Part shown: piece by piece, positions 19,653 to 28,535 of the stretch
Numbering within the stretch: position 1 is the stretch's first letter
Layout of the letters: each line of letters begins with the position of its first letter
Assembly (NCBI GenBank): GCA_002441095.1
Contig: DJVG01000032.1
Coordinates: 59-64,058, forward strand
Source: Elusimicrobia bacterium UBA6262
GTDB taxonomy: Bacteria > CAYTYR01 > UBA6262
Direction of reading: 5' to 3'
Length of the DNA: 64,000 nucleotides
Notes under the pieces: model-generated
The model's database searches: none
What the model saw: only the letters and a program-made list of their open reading frames with translations
Told to the model about the DNA's origin: nothing
Position numbers and translations under genes: made by a program

Positions 19653-21387
19653 GTATTCTCTCTCCACTCGGAGTACGCCCAAAGAAACGATTGAGCGCTT
19701 GGATCCGTGATTGTATCGGCGGGATCTCTGCTGCATCTATCGTGCAATCAATGACTGTCGGTTTCTTGGAAGCCAGTACTTGCGGCATCACTTGCTTTAA
19801 TTCCCCTGGGCGTTCTACTTTTACACCCTGGGCGCCAAGGCTTTCTGCGATCCTGGCAATATCCATCCGTTGAAAAGTAGAAGCCAGGTACCGCTCCTTA
19901 AATTGAAGTTGCTGCCCGTGATAAACCATGCCTAAACGGGCGTCATTGAATACTACCCAGATGACCGGAATATTGTAATTAACAGCCGTCGCCACTTCCA
20001 TGCCGTTCATGGCAAAACAGCCGTCACCGATAATAGAAATTACCGGCCGGCTGGGAGCGGCCAGTTTACCGCCGATAGCCGCGGCAGTAGCATACCCCAT
20101 GGCCCCAAAATCAAAATTATGGAAGAATGTTTGCGGCAAGTAGGTTTGAAAATAATGAATGGCCCAGGCTAAATGGTTGCCAATATCGCAGAAAACTATG
20201 GCATCTATGGGTAAACTATCGCGGAGGTCTTTGATCAGGCGCTGCGGTTTAAGAGGTATATCTTCGGCATACATTTTTTCTTCATTAATGAATGTTTGAT
20301 ACTGCTTCTTGAAAAAATAAATATCCTTGGCACTGATGCGGGGCGTATATGTGAGCCATTTCAAGTCACGGTTGATCTGATAGAGAATTTCGGCCAGGGC
20401 TGCTTTGGCATCCCCGGTAATCCCCACGGTAACCGGATAGTTCTTGCCCAGCTGTTCAGCATCGATATCCACCTGGATAAGAGCCAGGCGGGGATTCAGG
20501 CGCTGGTCCCAGGCATGGGTGGATACTTCTCCCAGGCTGGTACCAATACAGAGCAGGACATCCACATCTTCGCTGAGCAAATATTTGTCGGCCAGCGGGG
20601 TCCCGCCAAAACCGAACACTCCCAGTGAAAGTAAATGATTCTCCGGGAAGGCACTTTTGCCTTTAGGGGTGGTGGCGACAGGAATGATAAGCCGTTCAGC
20701 CAGGTCGCGCACTTCCTGGTTCGCCCGGGCAATATTAACGCCATTGCCGATCAACATGGCTGGCCGTTGCGCCTGCAATAAATAGCGGGCCGCCTCTTTA
20801 ACGGCCACGCGGTCAAAGGAGTGATTGCGGACATGGTAAGAATCACTGGGAACTAACTCATGGTTTATTTCTTTGGTCATAAAATCAGCAGGAATATTAA
20901 TATGGACCGGGCCGGGAGCCCCGGTCAGCGCGCTGCGGATAGCTGTTTTGACCAGTTCCGGTATTTTATGTTCATTAGCAGGCATAGCACTGAACTTGGT
21001 GACATAGCGCATCATTTCTACGGCATTAATAGTATGACTGGTGGTTTCCTGGAAGGCTCCCTTGCCAAAAGCGGCAGTAGCTACCTGGGCGGTTATAAAT
21101 AAAACAGGTACGGAATCAGTATAACATACTGCCGTACCGGTAAATAAGTTCGTGGTCCCCGGCCCGGTAGTGGCGCAACACACCCCTAATTCGCCGCTCA
21201 CCCGGGCATAACCATTAGCCATAAAAGCGGCGCCCTCTTCGTGTTTGGTCAGGATCGGAATAATATTCGGCGTGTCATACAAAGTATCATACAGCGGCAT
21301 TAACGGCCCGCCAGGGATACCGAATATGTATCTCACTCGTTCCTGTTCCAGGTACTGTAGTAGAGCTTTGATGGCTGTTACTTTCAA
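19633..21387 (-). CDS. Thiamine-pyrophosphate enzyme, acetolactate synthase large subunit-like
   Basis: IFGIPGGPLMPLYD...GPGTTNL...TPP motif IIGDGCFAMNGMEVATA..VVFNDARLGMV. No ilvN-like small subunit is adjacent. Confidence 0.75.
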   Translation of the reverse strand: MKVTAIKALLQYLEQERVRYIFGIPGGPLMPLYDTLYDTPNIIPILTKHEEGAAFMANGYARVSGELGVCCATTGPGTTNLFTGTAVCYTDSVPVLFITAQVATAAFGKGAFQETTSHTINAVEMMRYVTKFSAMPANEHKIPELVKTAIRSALTGAPGPVHINIPADFMTKEINHELVPSDSYHVRNHSFDRVAVKEAARYLLQAQRPAMLIGNGVNIARANQEVRDLAERLIIPVATTPKGKSAFPENHLLSLGVFGFGGTPLADKYLLSEDVDVLLCIGTSLGEVSTHAWDQRLNPRLALIQVDIDAEQLGKNYPVTVGITGDAKAALAEILYQINRDLKWLTYTPRISAKDIYFFKKQYQTFINEEKMYAEDIPLKPQRLIKDLRDSLPIDAIVFCDIGNHLAWAIHYFQTYLPQTFFHNFDFGAMGYATAAAIGGKLAAPSRPVISIIGDGCFAMNGMEVATAVNYNIPVIWVVFNDARLGMVYHGQQLQFKERYLASTFQRMDIARIAESLGAQGVKVERPGELKQVMPQVLASKKPTVIDCTIDAAEIPPIQSRIQALNRFFGRTPSGERIHGKKDF

Positions 21388-21416
21388 GGGTAAACCTTCA
21401 TATTTTTTACTATGTA

Positions 21417-22589
21417 CTAGTACTTAATCCCTGCTTTTGTATTCAGGGCATAGAATAGGCCATCTTCACTGCCAAAATAAACTACGTCGTCCACAACTGC
21501 CGGCGCGCAGTTAACCGGTTTACCGCAGGTAAACTGCCATAATTTTAAACCAGTGTCAGCATCTAAAGCATATAAACGGTTATCGGTCGCTCCTATATAT
21601 AACACGCCCTTTACTACAGCGGGAGAAGAAGCATAGACCAGTTTTTCAGTTTTGTGCTCCCAGACCTTTTCACCGCTGGAAGCCGAAAGGCAATAAACCT
21701 TGGCATCACTGGCCCCAAAATATACTTTGCCGTTCACCACTGCCGGCGAAGAGCAAACATACCCGCCTTCAGTCACAAATTCCCAGATCTTTTCTCCATT
21801 CTCTTTTTTCAAGGCATACATCCGGCTGCCGGTAGAGCCGATAAAGACCAAGCCGCTGGTAACCGCGGGTGAAGATTCCAGGAAATTTCCGCTTAGTTTC
21901 CGGTTTTCCCACAGGACCTTCCCAGTGGCGCCAGCGATGGCATATATCCTGCCTCCGCCGGTAGCCAGGTACACGATATTATCCTGGAGCGCCGGGGAGG
22001 AAAATATTTCATTATTAGCTTTGAATTCCCATATCTTCTCGCCGGTTTCGGCTTTCAGGCAATACAGCTTTCCATCGGTAGAACCAATCAAAACGACCTT
22101 TACGGTATTTTTCTGCGGGTCAATTTTATCTTCCTGGCTAGCGGGTGGTGCGGCCAGAAAACTGATCTCTCCGGTAACCGGGCTGGACTCGATCTTTTTA
22201 CCGGTTAAATAATCCCAGACTTTTTCTCCGGTCTGGACATTAAGCGCATATATTTTTTTATCCATACTGCCAATAAATACCAGGTCAGCGCTCACGGCCG
22301 GGGAAGATTTTACTTTATCTCCGGTTACAAAATCCCATTTTTTTTCCCCGGTCTTGGCATCCAAAGCATAGACCCGTTTATCGTAGCCGCCAAAAAAAAC
22401 CAGCCCCTCTTTAACTGCGGGGCTGGATACTATTTCCTTGCTGGTAGGGTAACTCCAGACTTTTCCTGAAGGCTCTTCAACAAAACCGGTATGCCCGGCA
22501 TTATAACGGAACATCGGCCAATCCGCGGCCGCAATGTAACCTGGCAAGACTAAGAACGGGAGTAAACTCACGCACCATAGTTTCCTCAT
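21417..22589 (-). CDS. PQQ-like beta-propeller repeat protein (BamB-like) with signal peptide
   Basis: Signal peptide; repeated units G.VYALDA.TGEKKW, GKLYCLKAETGEKIWEF, etc. Confidence 0.7.
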   Translation of the reverse strand: MRKLWCVSLLPFLVLPGYIAAADWPMFRYNAGHTGFVEEPSGKVWSYPTSKEIVSSPAVKEGLVFFGGYDKRVYALDAKTGEKKWDFVTGDKVKSSPAVSADLVFIGSMDKKIYALNVQTGEKVWDYLTGKKIESSPVTGEISFLAAPPASQEDKIDPQKNTVKVVLIGSTDGKLYCLKAETGEKIWEFKANNEIFSSPALQDNIVYLATGGGRIYAIAGATGKVLWENRKLSGNFLESSPAVTSGLVFIGSTGSRMYALKKENGEKIWEFVTEGGYVCSSPAVVNGKVYFGASDAKVYCLSASSGEKVWEHKTEKLVYASSPAVVKGVLYIGATDNRLYALDADTGLKLWQFTCGKPVNCAPAVVDDVVYFGSEDGLFYALNTKAGIKY

Positions 22590-22620
22590 TGTTGCCTCCG
22601 CGTACCTCTATTTTTACAAA

Positions 22621-22663
22621 ATGATTACACAGATTTCAAAAAAGATTACACCGATTATTATAT
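22621..22663 (+). promoter_or_regulatory. Conserved GATTACA-repeat cis element upstream of the M23 peptidase gene (copy 1)
   Basis: TGATTACACAGATTTcAAAAAaGATTACACCGATTA; near-identical copy at 24526-24568. Confidence 0.5.
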
Positions 22664-22759
22664 GTTTTTATATCTTATGTCATGAATTATATCAACATTA
22701 AAATAATTTGTCCATCTTTTTATTTGACAAAAAGCGCAGGAAAAGATACATATAGCATA

Positions 22760-23965
22760 ATGAATAAAAAACTATTTGCTATACTACTGGTTGTGGTTAT
22801 TATAATTACCGGGGCAGGTATTGCGTACTGGAGGCATATTGATTATCAGCGCCAACACCCACCCCTGCTGTCTCAAACCTATACCTTGGAAGAAGGCGAT
22901 ACGCTAAGCAGTTCATTAGCGGAGACTGCCTTGAATGACATTCAAGTTAGGGCTATAATTAAAGCCATGGACAGCGTTTTCGACCTGCGCAAATGCCGGG
23001 CCGGTGATATCTATGAAATAATTACTTTGAAAGATACTGGTTCTTTTGTTAAGTTTATTTATCATGCCAGCGCCATAACCAAGTATGAAATTTCACCGGA
23101 TAGCCAGCAAAATTACCTGGTTAATAAAATAGATCACCCTTTGGAAAAAAGGATAACCACCTTCCAGGGGTCAATTAAAACCACCCTTTACGAAGCGATG
23201 ACCTCTTCCGGGGAATTACCGGAATTGGTTTTAAGCTTTGCGGATATCTTTAGTTATGAAATAGATTTCCTGACTGATCCGCGGATCAACGATATTTTCT
23301 CCGTTGTTTATGAAAAATATTATGCGAACGGGAAATTCATCAAGAATGGACAGATCCTCGCTGCCCGGTATATCAATAGCGGGCAAGAGCACCTGGCTAT
23401 TTTTTTCGAAGAACCTTCTGGGCACAAAGACTACTATTCCGCTAATGGCAAATCCCTGCGTAAGGCCTTTCTGCGGTCACCGCTGAACTACCGCCGTATT
23501 TCCTCCTTTTTTACCCGCCGTCGGTGGCATCCGATCCTGAAGATCTACCGTCCGCATCTGGGTATCGATTACTCTGCCCCCATTGGCACGCCAGTAGCTA
23601 CGATCGGCGATGGGACTGTTATTTTTGCCGGCTGGGAAGGCGGGTTTGGACGGTTTATCAAGATACGGCATCCTAATGGCTATACTTCTACTTACGGCCA
23701 CTTGAGTAAATATGCCAAGGGTATCAGAAGCGGCACCAGGGTAGCGCGGGGGCAGGTTATTGGCTATGTCGGTTCCAGCGGGCTTTCTACCGGGCCGCAT
23801 TTGGACTTTCGTCTCATGCAAGGCCGTCAATTTATCAATTTCCTAGCCCTGAAACTGCCGGAAGCATCTTCTATTCCTAGCCAGTCAATGGCCCAATTTG
23901 AACAGGTGAAAAAAGAAAGACTCCGGCTGCTTAGCCAAAATCTCCAGACACCACCAGCCAAATAA
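22760..23965 (+). CDS. M23 family metallopeptidase with N-terminal membrane anchor
   Basis: HLGIDYSAPIGTPVATIGDGTVIFAG...YGHLSKY...GYVGSSGLSTGPHLDFRL. Start at the MNKKLFAILLVVVIII ATG (22760); the upstream extension is spurious. Confidence 0.8.
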   Translation: MNKKLFAILLVVVIIITGAGIAYWRHIDYQRQHPPLLSQTYTLEEGDTLSSSLAETALNDIQVRAIIKAMDSVFDLRKCRAGDIYEIITLKDTGSFVKFIYHASAITKYEISPDSQQNYLVNKIDHPLEKRITTFQGSIKTTLYEAMTSSGELPELVLSFADIFSYEIDFLTDPRINDIFSVVYEKYYANGKFIKNGQILAARYINSGQEHLAIFFEEPSGHKDYYSANGKSLRKAFLRSPLNYRRISSFFTRRRWHPILKIYRPHLGIDYSAPIGTPVATIGDGTVIFAGWEGGFGRFIKIRHPNGYTSTYGHLSKYAKGIRSGTRVARGQVIGYVGSSGLSTGPHLDFRLMQGRQFINFLALKLPEASSIPSQSMAQFEQVKKERLRLLSQNLQTPPAK

Positions 23966-23990
23966 TTACCTTTTCCCCTCTGTTTTCATA

Positions 23991-24019
23991 TTGACAACGT
24001 CTTACCCTGAGAGTAAAAT
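23991..24019 (+). promoter_or_regulatory. Sigma70-type promoter of the LPP20-like lipoprotein gene
   Basis: TTGACA (23991-23996), 17-nt spacer, TAAAAT (24014-24019), then AAGGAGG SD and ATG at 24060. Confidence 0.6.
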
Positions 24020-24059
24020 AGAAACAGCAAAAATATGTATTTAAATTAAGGAGGTTGGT

Positions 24060-24506
24060 ATGAAGAAATCGTTGATTATCCTGTTGGGATTGGGCTTTTT
24101 ATTACTAAATGCCTGCAGCAGCGTACAAACCCACACTAAAGGCGGGGAGTTAAAGAAAACCCTGGATGGCGAAATCCAGGATAGCGATTTTATCCAGACT
24201 ATCGGCATCGGAGCCGCTGACCAGCAGCTGGATAACAAGACCCAAAAGCAGGCCACCAGCCGTACCGCGGCTATTACCATGGCCCAGTATGAAATGGTCG
24301 GCATTATCAAGGGCCTGCAAATAGAAGGCGGGATTACAGTCTCGCAAGCCATGGAAAAGGATTCCAGTATCTCCGCTTTGGTCAACGATTCAGTTAAAGG
24401 CGCAGAAGTCATCAAGACCGAATGGACTGCTGACGACGGCTGTGTCGTAACCTTGCGCCTTTCCAAGAAGAGACTGGCGCAAATGACGAAGATGAAATTC
24501 AAATAG
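24060..24506 (+). CDS. Small lipoprotein with LPP20/FlgP-like domain
   Basis: Lipobox LLNACSS; IGIGAAD..A.SRTAAITMAQYEMVGIIKGLQIEGGITV...DDGCVVTLRLS pattern. AGGAGG SD 6 nt upstream. Confidence 0.5.
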   Translation: MKKSLIILLGLGFLLLNACSSVQTHTKGGELKKTLDGEIQDSDFIQTIGIGAADQQLDNKTQKQATSRTAAITMAQYEMVGIIKGLQIEGGITVSQAMEKDSSISALVNDSVKGAEVIKTEWTADDGCVVTLRLSKKRLAQMTKMKFK

Positions 24507-24525
24507 ACATCCTATAAGCCCAGGA

Positions 24526-24568
24526 CGTCTTGATTACACAGATTTAAAAAGACGCTTACACCGATTAC
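24526..24568 (+). promoter_or_regulatory. Conserved GATTACA-repeat cis element upstream of lipoprotein gene 24639 (copy 2)
   Basis: TGATTACACAGATTTAAAAAGacgcTTACACCGATTA. A TATAAT -10 hexamer lies at 24609-24614. Confidence 0.5.
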
Positions 24569-24638
24569 ATAAACATATATACTTTAATCCGTTTAATCCC
24601 CCGACACTTATAATGAATATTATACCAGGAGGAATAGG

Positions 24639-25805
24639 TTGAAAAATGGATTATTGATACTCATATTAAGTGTTTTGACATTAAGCGCCTGCGCTACCGG
24701 CCGGCCCAATATCAACTCTGCCACTAAGAATAAAGGAGAAAAAGAAGTCACCGAAGTGGTACAAGCTGAAGGCTTGGCCGCAATTCTTAATAATGACCTG
24801 CTGGATGCCAAAAAACGAGCCCTGGGTGAAGCCCAGCGGAATGCCGTAGAAATGACGGTAGGTGTTTATGTCAATGCCGCTACCCGGGTAGAAAAAGCGC
24901 TCATGGTAGACCAGCAGATCCTTTCTAAAACAAACGGCTATATTAAAAAATACAAGATCCTCAAGGAAGGACGGGAAGGTGATCTTTACAAAATTAGGAT
25001 AGAAGCCCTGGTTAAAATTGAAGCGGTTAATAAGGACCTTAATCTCTTAGGGCTGATGGTTACTCCGTCCCCTACGACTTCAAACCTGCGTATCGGCATA
25101 GTGATCAAGGACCATGTTGACGGGGTACCGGGAAACGAGGGGATCAGTGCAATAGCCCTGAGCGACAAACTCTTAAACTTGCAATACAAAATCATAGCTA
25201 TTAATGAAATCGCTGCTGCTGAAAAAAACCTGAAAGCTGATGATCTTCTCAACAATCTGGACCAGCAGAAAAAAGTAGGAGAAATGACCAAAGCCGATGT
25301 AATTATAACTGGTAACGCCCTTTCATCTTTCAATACTGACCAGGGATTAGGAGGCCTGGTCTCTTACCGGGCAACCATAAGTTTTAAGGTGGTTCAGATC
25401 AAACAGGCAGCTTTAATCTACAGCAACTCATTTTCCAGCGGCGGGGTAAGTACTACCCGCGAAGCAGCAAGCCGGGAAGCTTTGAAACGGGCGGCGGCAA
25501 TCGCGGCTGAAGACTTAGTTAGGGTATTGGATCAGCGTTTGAAAACATTTAATCTCATTTCTGTCAGCGTGAAGAATGTGGCCTCTTTAAACCAATTGGA
25601 CGCTGTGGTTAAAGGCCTGCGGGACATGATCGAGGTAAGATCTACCCAAACCGAAAGTTTGAGCCAGGGGATTGCGGAGATTAAGGTAGGAGCTGAGATA
25701 AAAAACCTTCCGGCCATTGCCCAAAAGCTGGAAACTAAGGTCGCAGGGATTAAGATGAAAGTGATAACTGTCACCAATAACAGCATAACTGCGGAAATAC
25801 AGTAA
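24639..25805 (+). CDS. Lipoprotein with repeated LPP20-like domains (TTG start)
   Basis: Lipobox LTLSACAT; VVQAEGLAAILNNDLLDAKKRALGEAQRNAVEMTVGVYV...GDLYKIRIEALVK plus two further similar modules. AGGAGG SD 6 nt before TTG. Confidence 0.5.
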   Translation: MKNGLLILILSVLTLSACATGRPNINSATKNKGEKEVTEVVQAEGLAAILNNDLLDAKKRALGEAQRNAVEMTVGVYVNAATRVEKALMVDQQILSKTNGYIKKYKILKEGREGDLYKIRIEALVKIEAVNKDLNLLGLMVTPSPTTSNLRIGIVIKDHVDGVPGNEGISAIALSDKLLNLQYKIIAINEIAAAEKNLKADDLLNNLDQQKKVGEMTKADVIITGNALSSFNTDQGLGGLVSYRATISFKVVQIKQAALIYSNSFSSGGVSTTREAASREALKRAAAIAAEDLVRVLDQRLKTFNLISVSVKNVASLNQLDAVVKGLRDMIEVRSTQTESLSQGIAEIKVGAEIKNLPAIAQKLETKVAGIKMKVITVTNNSITAEIQ

Positions 25806-25814
25806 AGGCAGTTG

Positions 25815-25862
25815 ATTGTTGATAGTTCGCTCCGATTTAAAATCGGAGCTGATAGTTGATAG
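25815..25862. promoter_or_regulatory. 20-bp perfect palindrome CTCCGATTTTAAAATCGGAG flanked by TTGATAGTT direct repeats
   Basis: gTTGATtGTTGATAGTTcg-CTCCGATTTTAAAATCGGAG-cTGATAGTTGATAG, immediately 3' of the lipoprotein gene and 5' of the terminator. Confidence 0.4.
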
Positions 25863-25903
25863 AAAAAAACAGGTTCTGAAGAGACTCAGAACCTGTTTTT
25901 TTA
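25863..25903. terminator. Bidirectional intrinsic terminator between convergent lipoprotein and SBP-like genes
   Basis: A7-ACAGGTTCTGA-agag-CTCAGAACCTGT-T7: an 11-bp stem flanked by an A-run and a T-run. Confidence 0.75.
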
Positions 25904-25927
25904 TTTAGCTATTATGTCAAATATCAC

Positions 25928-27175
25928 TTATCTTCTTAAGATAAAAGGATCCCCTTTAAGGATTAGATTGCATTTCACTGCTGCCTCAAAGGTCTTTTCG
26001 GTTAACACCTGCTTGGTATAATTCTGTGACCTGATGGTAATAAACATATCATAGACATAATCTATTAAAATGTCTTCAATCGGCGCCCAATATGGGCTGT
26101 TGGGAAAACCGCGGCCATAACGCACTGATTCCTTAAAAACCTTATTGCGAGTCGTATCCATCAGATAAGCAGGAGTATAACAGTCCAATAAGCTGGGCAG
26201 CTGGTTATTAGCAGCGCAGAATTGTTCCTGTACTTTACGTTGCAGGAGAAACTCAATAAAAGACCACGCTTCTTCAGGATGATGAGAAAAGGAAGAGATA
26301 GCCAGATTACTGCCGCCCATAAAAGTGAAACGCCCAGCTGGCCCTGCCGGCATTATTAGGGGATGAATACTGGCACTTATTTTATTATAGGTCGGGGATT
26401 TCGGGTTAAGATACGTGTTATTCAGCCAGGGCCCTAAATAAGCAAAGGCATAATCCCCTTTAACAGTATAAGCCTCGGTAAAGACATCATAATTCTGGCC
26501 CAGCGAGTCTAGTTTGCTATAGATATTGATCAGGTCAAAATAGATTTCCAGGCCTTTTAAAGCCGCTGGTTCATAAAAAGCGACTTCTTTCCCGTCTGCG
26601 CGCAGGAAAGTGCCGCCGTAATTCCAAATCCAGGGGGCAATATTATGCACAATTTGGGAATCTTTATTGCCAAATGCGCCAAAAGCTGCAACTTCTTTAT
26701 TGTCTATTTTGGTATGATGCACTTTTTCGCAGGTCCTGATCAAATCATCCATTGTTTCGAGGTCGCGAGCATTGATTAAGTGCTCATCCAGTACGTCTTT
26801 GCGGAAATATAAGGCTCGCACATCCACATACCAGGGGACTGAGGAGATCTTATTACTGCCGGGAAAAGTGCAAAGCCTGCTGCTGGCAGGTACAAAACTA
26901 TTCAGGCCGCCCATCTGGTTGACCTGATTGGTCAGATCACTTAAAGCTCCTAATTGAGCCAGGGCGCCGTTCCAGGTACTGCCGAATTGCAGTACGTCTG
27001 GCCCTTGTTTCTTTTTTGAGAACATCGCCACTTTTTCCCATAGGAAACGCCAGCCGGTTGTTGTCAATACTACATCTATGTCTGGGAATTTATTCTTAAA
27101 ATCCGGCAAAATCACATGCCGGACCAACTGCTCATGTTCGTGCGTTAACCAGACATTGATCACTGCTCTTGTCAA
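25928..27175 (-). CDS. Solute-binding-protein family 1-like protein lacking a signal peptide (paralog A)
   Basis: INVWLTHEHE...GPDVLQFGSTWNGALAQLGALSDL...VPWYVDVRALYFRKD...FTFMGGSNLAISSFSHHPEEAWSFIEFL, an SBP_bac_1-like pattern. No hydrophobic N-terminus. Confidence 0.55.
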   Translation of the reverse strand: MTRAVINVWLTHEHEQLVRHVILPDFKNKFPDIDVVLTTTGWRFLWEKVAMFSKKKQGPDVLQFGSTWNGALAQLGALSDLTNQVNQMGGLNSFVPASSRLCTFPGSNKISSVPWYVDVRALYFRKDVLDEHLINARDLETMDDLIRTCEKVHHTKIDNKEVAAFGAFGNKDSQIVHNIAPWIWNYGGTFLRADGKEVAFYEPAALKGLEIYFDLINIYSKLDSLGQNYDVFTEAYTVKGDYAFAYLGPWLNNTYLNPKSPTYNKISASIHPLIMPAGPAGRFTFMGGSNLAISSFSHHPEEAWSFIEFLLQRKVQEQFCAANNQLPSLLDCYTPAYLMDTTRNKVFKESVRYGRGFPNSPYWAPIEDILIDYVYDMFITIRSQNYTKQVLTEKTFEAAVKCNLILKGDPFILRR

Positions 27176-28425
27176 TTTTTCTCCTTACGCCATTGTTCTT
27201 CCTGAACTAATAGTGCGTTGCTTTTAGCCGCTGCTTCCTGGATGCTTTCCTGCATTAATTCTGCCGTATAAATACCTTCCGCGATGCTGACCAGGAGGCG
27301 ATGAATATATTCAATGAGAATATCTTCGATCTGCGCCCAATTAGCATTATTAGGAAAAGTCCGGCCATGTTGAACCGCATCCCTGAATATTTTTTGTGGT
27401 GTATTATCGATAACTCCTTTGGTCTTATAAGATGCAGCCAAACTTGGTAATTGATGATTGGCGCCGCAGAACTTTTCCTGTACCGGCAGTTGGGTCAGGA
27501 ATTTAATCAGTTCCCAGGCTTCATCCGGATGCTTGGAAAATTCTGAAATAGCCAGGTTGCTGCCGCCCAGGAAGGTAAACCGCCCGCCTGGTCCTCCTGG
27601 CATTAAAGTAGTTTCGATATGCTGGCTGAAACGGTTATAAAACTCATGCTTAGGATTAAGATAGGTATTGTTGACCCAGGGCCCGGTATAAGCCAGGCAG
27701 CTATTCCCTTTACGGAAAAAACTCTCCAGGAAAGTTTCATACTCCTGCATGATCGCAGCTTTGTCACAATAGGTATTAATGTAATTGAAACAAGCTTCCA
27801 GTCCGGCTAAAGCGGCGGGAGAATCAAAGCTGACTTTTTTGCCGTCCGCCGTCATAAAATCTCCCCCATTATTCCAGATCCAGGGAGCCAGCAAATGAAC
27901 CAATTGGGCATCCTTCTGGCCGGCCAGGGCAAAGGCAGGCACTATTTTATCGCCAGCTTTGAAGTTATGGACTGCGGCGCTTACTTTTTCCAGACCCTCC
28001 AAGGTGCCCAGGTCATGCGCGGTAAAGCCATGAATATCCAATATCTCTTGCCGGTAAAATAAAACCCTGGCATCTAAATACCAGGGCACTGAAGCAACAC
28101 GGCGAGTACCAGGGAAAAAACAGGTCTTAGCTGCTTCGTTGATGAATATATCTAAACTGCCAATAGAGGCCAGGTTCTCGGTAATATCTTTTAAGGCACC
28201 GATTTCGGCCAGCACTCCGTTCCATGTGCTGCCGATCTGCAGGACATCCGGGCCCTGTTTCCGCTTGGAAAACATCACCACTTTATCCCACAGGAAATGC
28301 CAGCTGGTCGTAGTCAAAATAATATCAATATCCGGATGCTGCTGCTGGAATTCAGGGATAACGGTGTTCTTAAACAAGTGTTCATGCTCCTGCATCAGCC
28401 AGACATTGATCATTTTTTTAGCCAC
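27172..28425 (-). CDS. Solute-binding-protein family 1-like protein lacking a signal peptide (paralog B)
   Basis: Roughly 55% identical to paralog A. GTG/ATG start; 4-bp overlap with the downstream paralog suggests translational coupling. Confidence 0.55.
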   Translation of the reverse strand: MAKKMINVWLMQEHEHLFKNTVIPEFQQQHPDIDIILTTTSWHFLWDKVVMFSKRKQGPDVLQIGSTWNGVLAEIGALKDITENLASIGSLDIFINEAAKTCFFPGTRRVASVPWYLDARVLFYRQEILDIHGFTAHDLGTLEGLEKVSAAVHNFKAGDKIVPAFALAGQKDAQLVHLLAPWIWNNGGDFMTADGKKVSFDSPAALAGLEACFNYINTYCDKAAIMQEYETFLESFFRKGNSCLAYTGPWVNNTYLNPKHEFYNRFSQHIETTLMPGGPGGRFTFLGGSNLAISEFSKHPDEAWELIKFLTQLPVQEKFCGANHQLPSLAASYKTKGVIDNTPQKIFRDAVQHGRTFPNNANWAQIEDILIEYIHRLLVSIAEGIYTAELMQESIQEAAAKSNALLVQEEQWRKEKN

Positions 28426-28535
28426 AAAAACCTCGCAAAATAGATCTGTTCGCTATCAGACCTACTATATCCCAAAGATAAATATTTTGCAAGAAATTCT
28501 TGAGGATTCATCAACTCTTGTTGTATAATATTATT

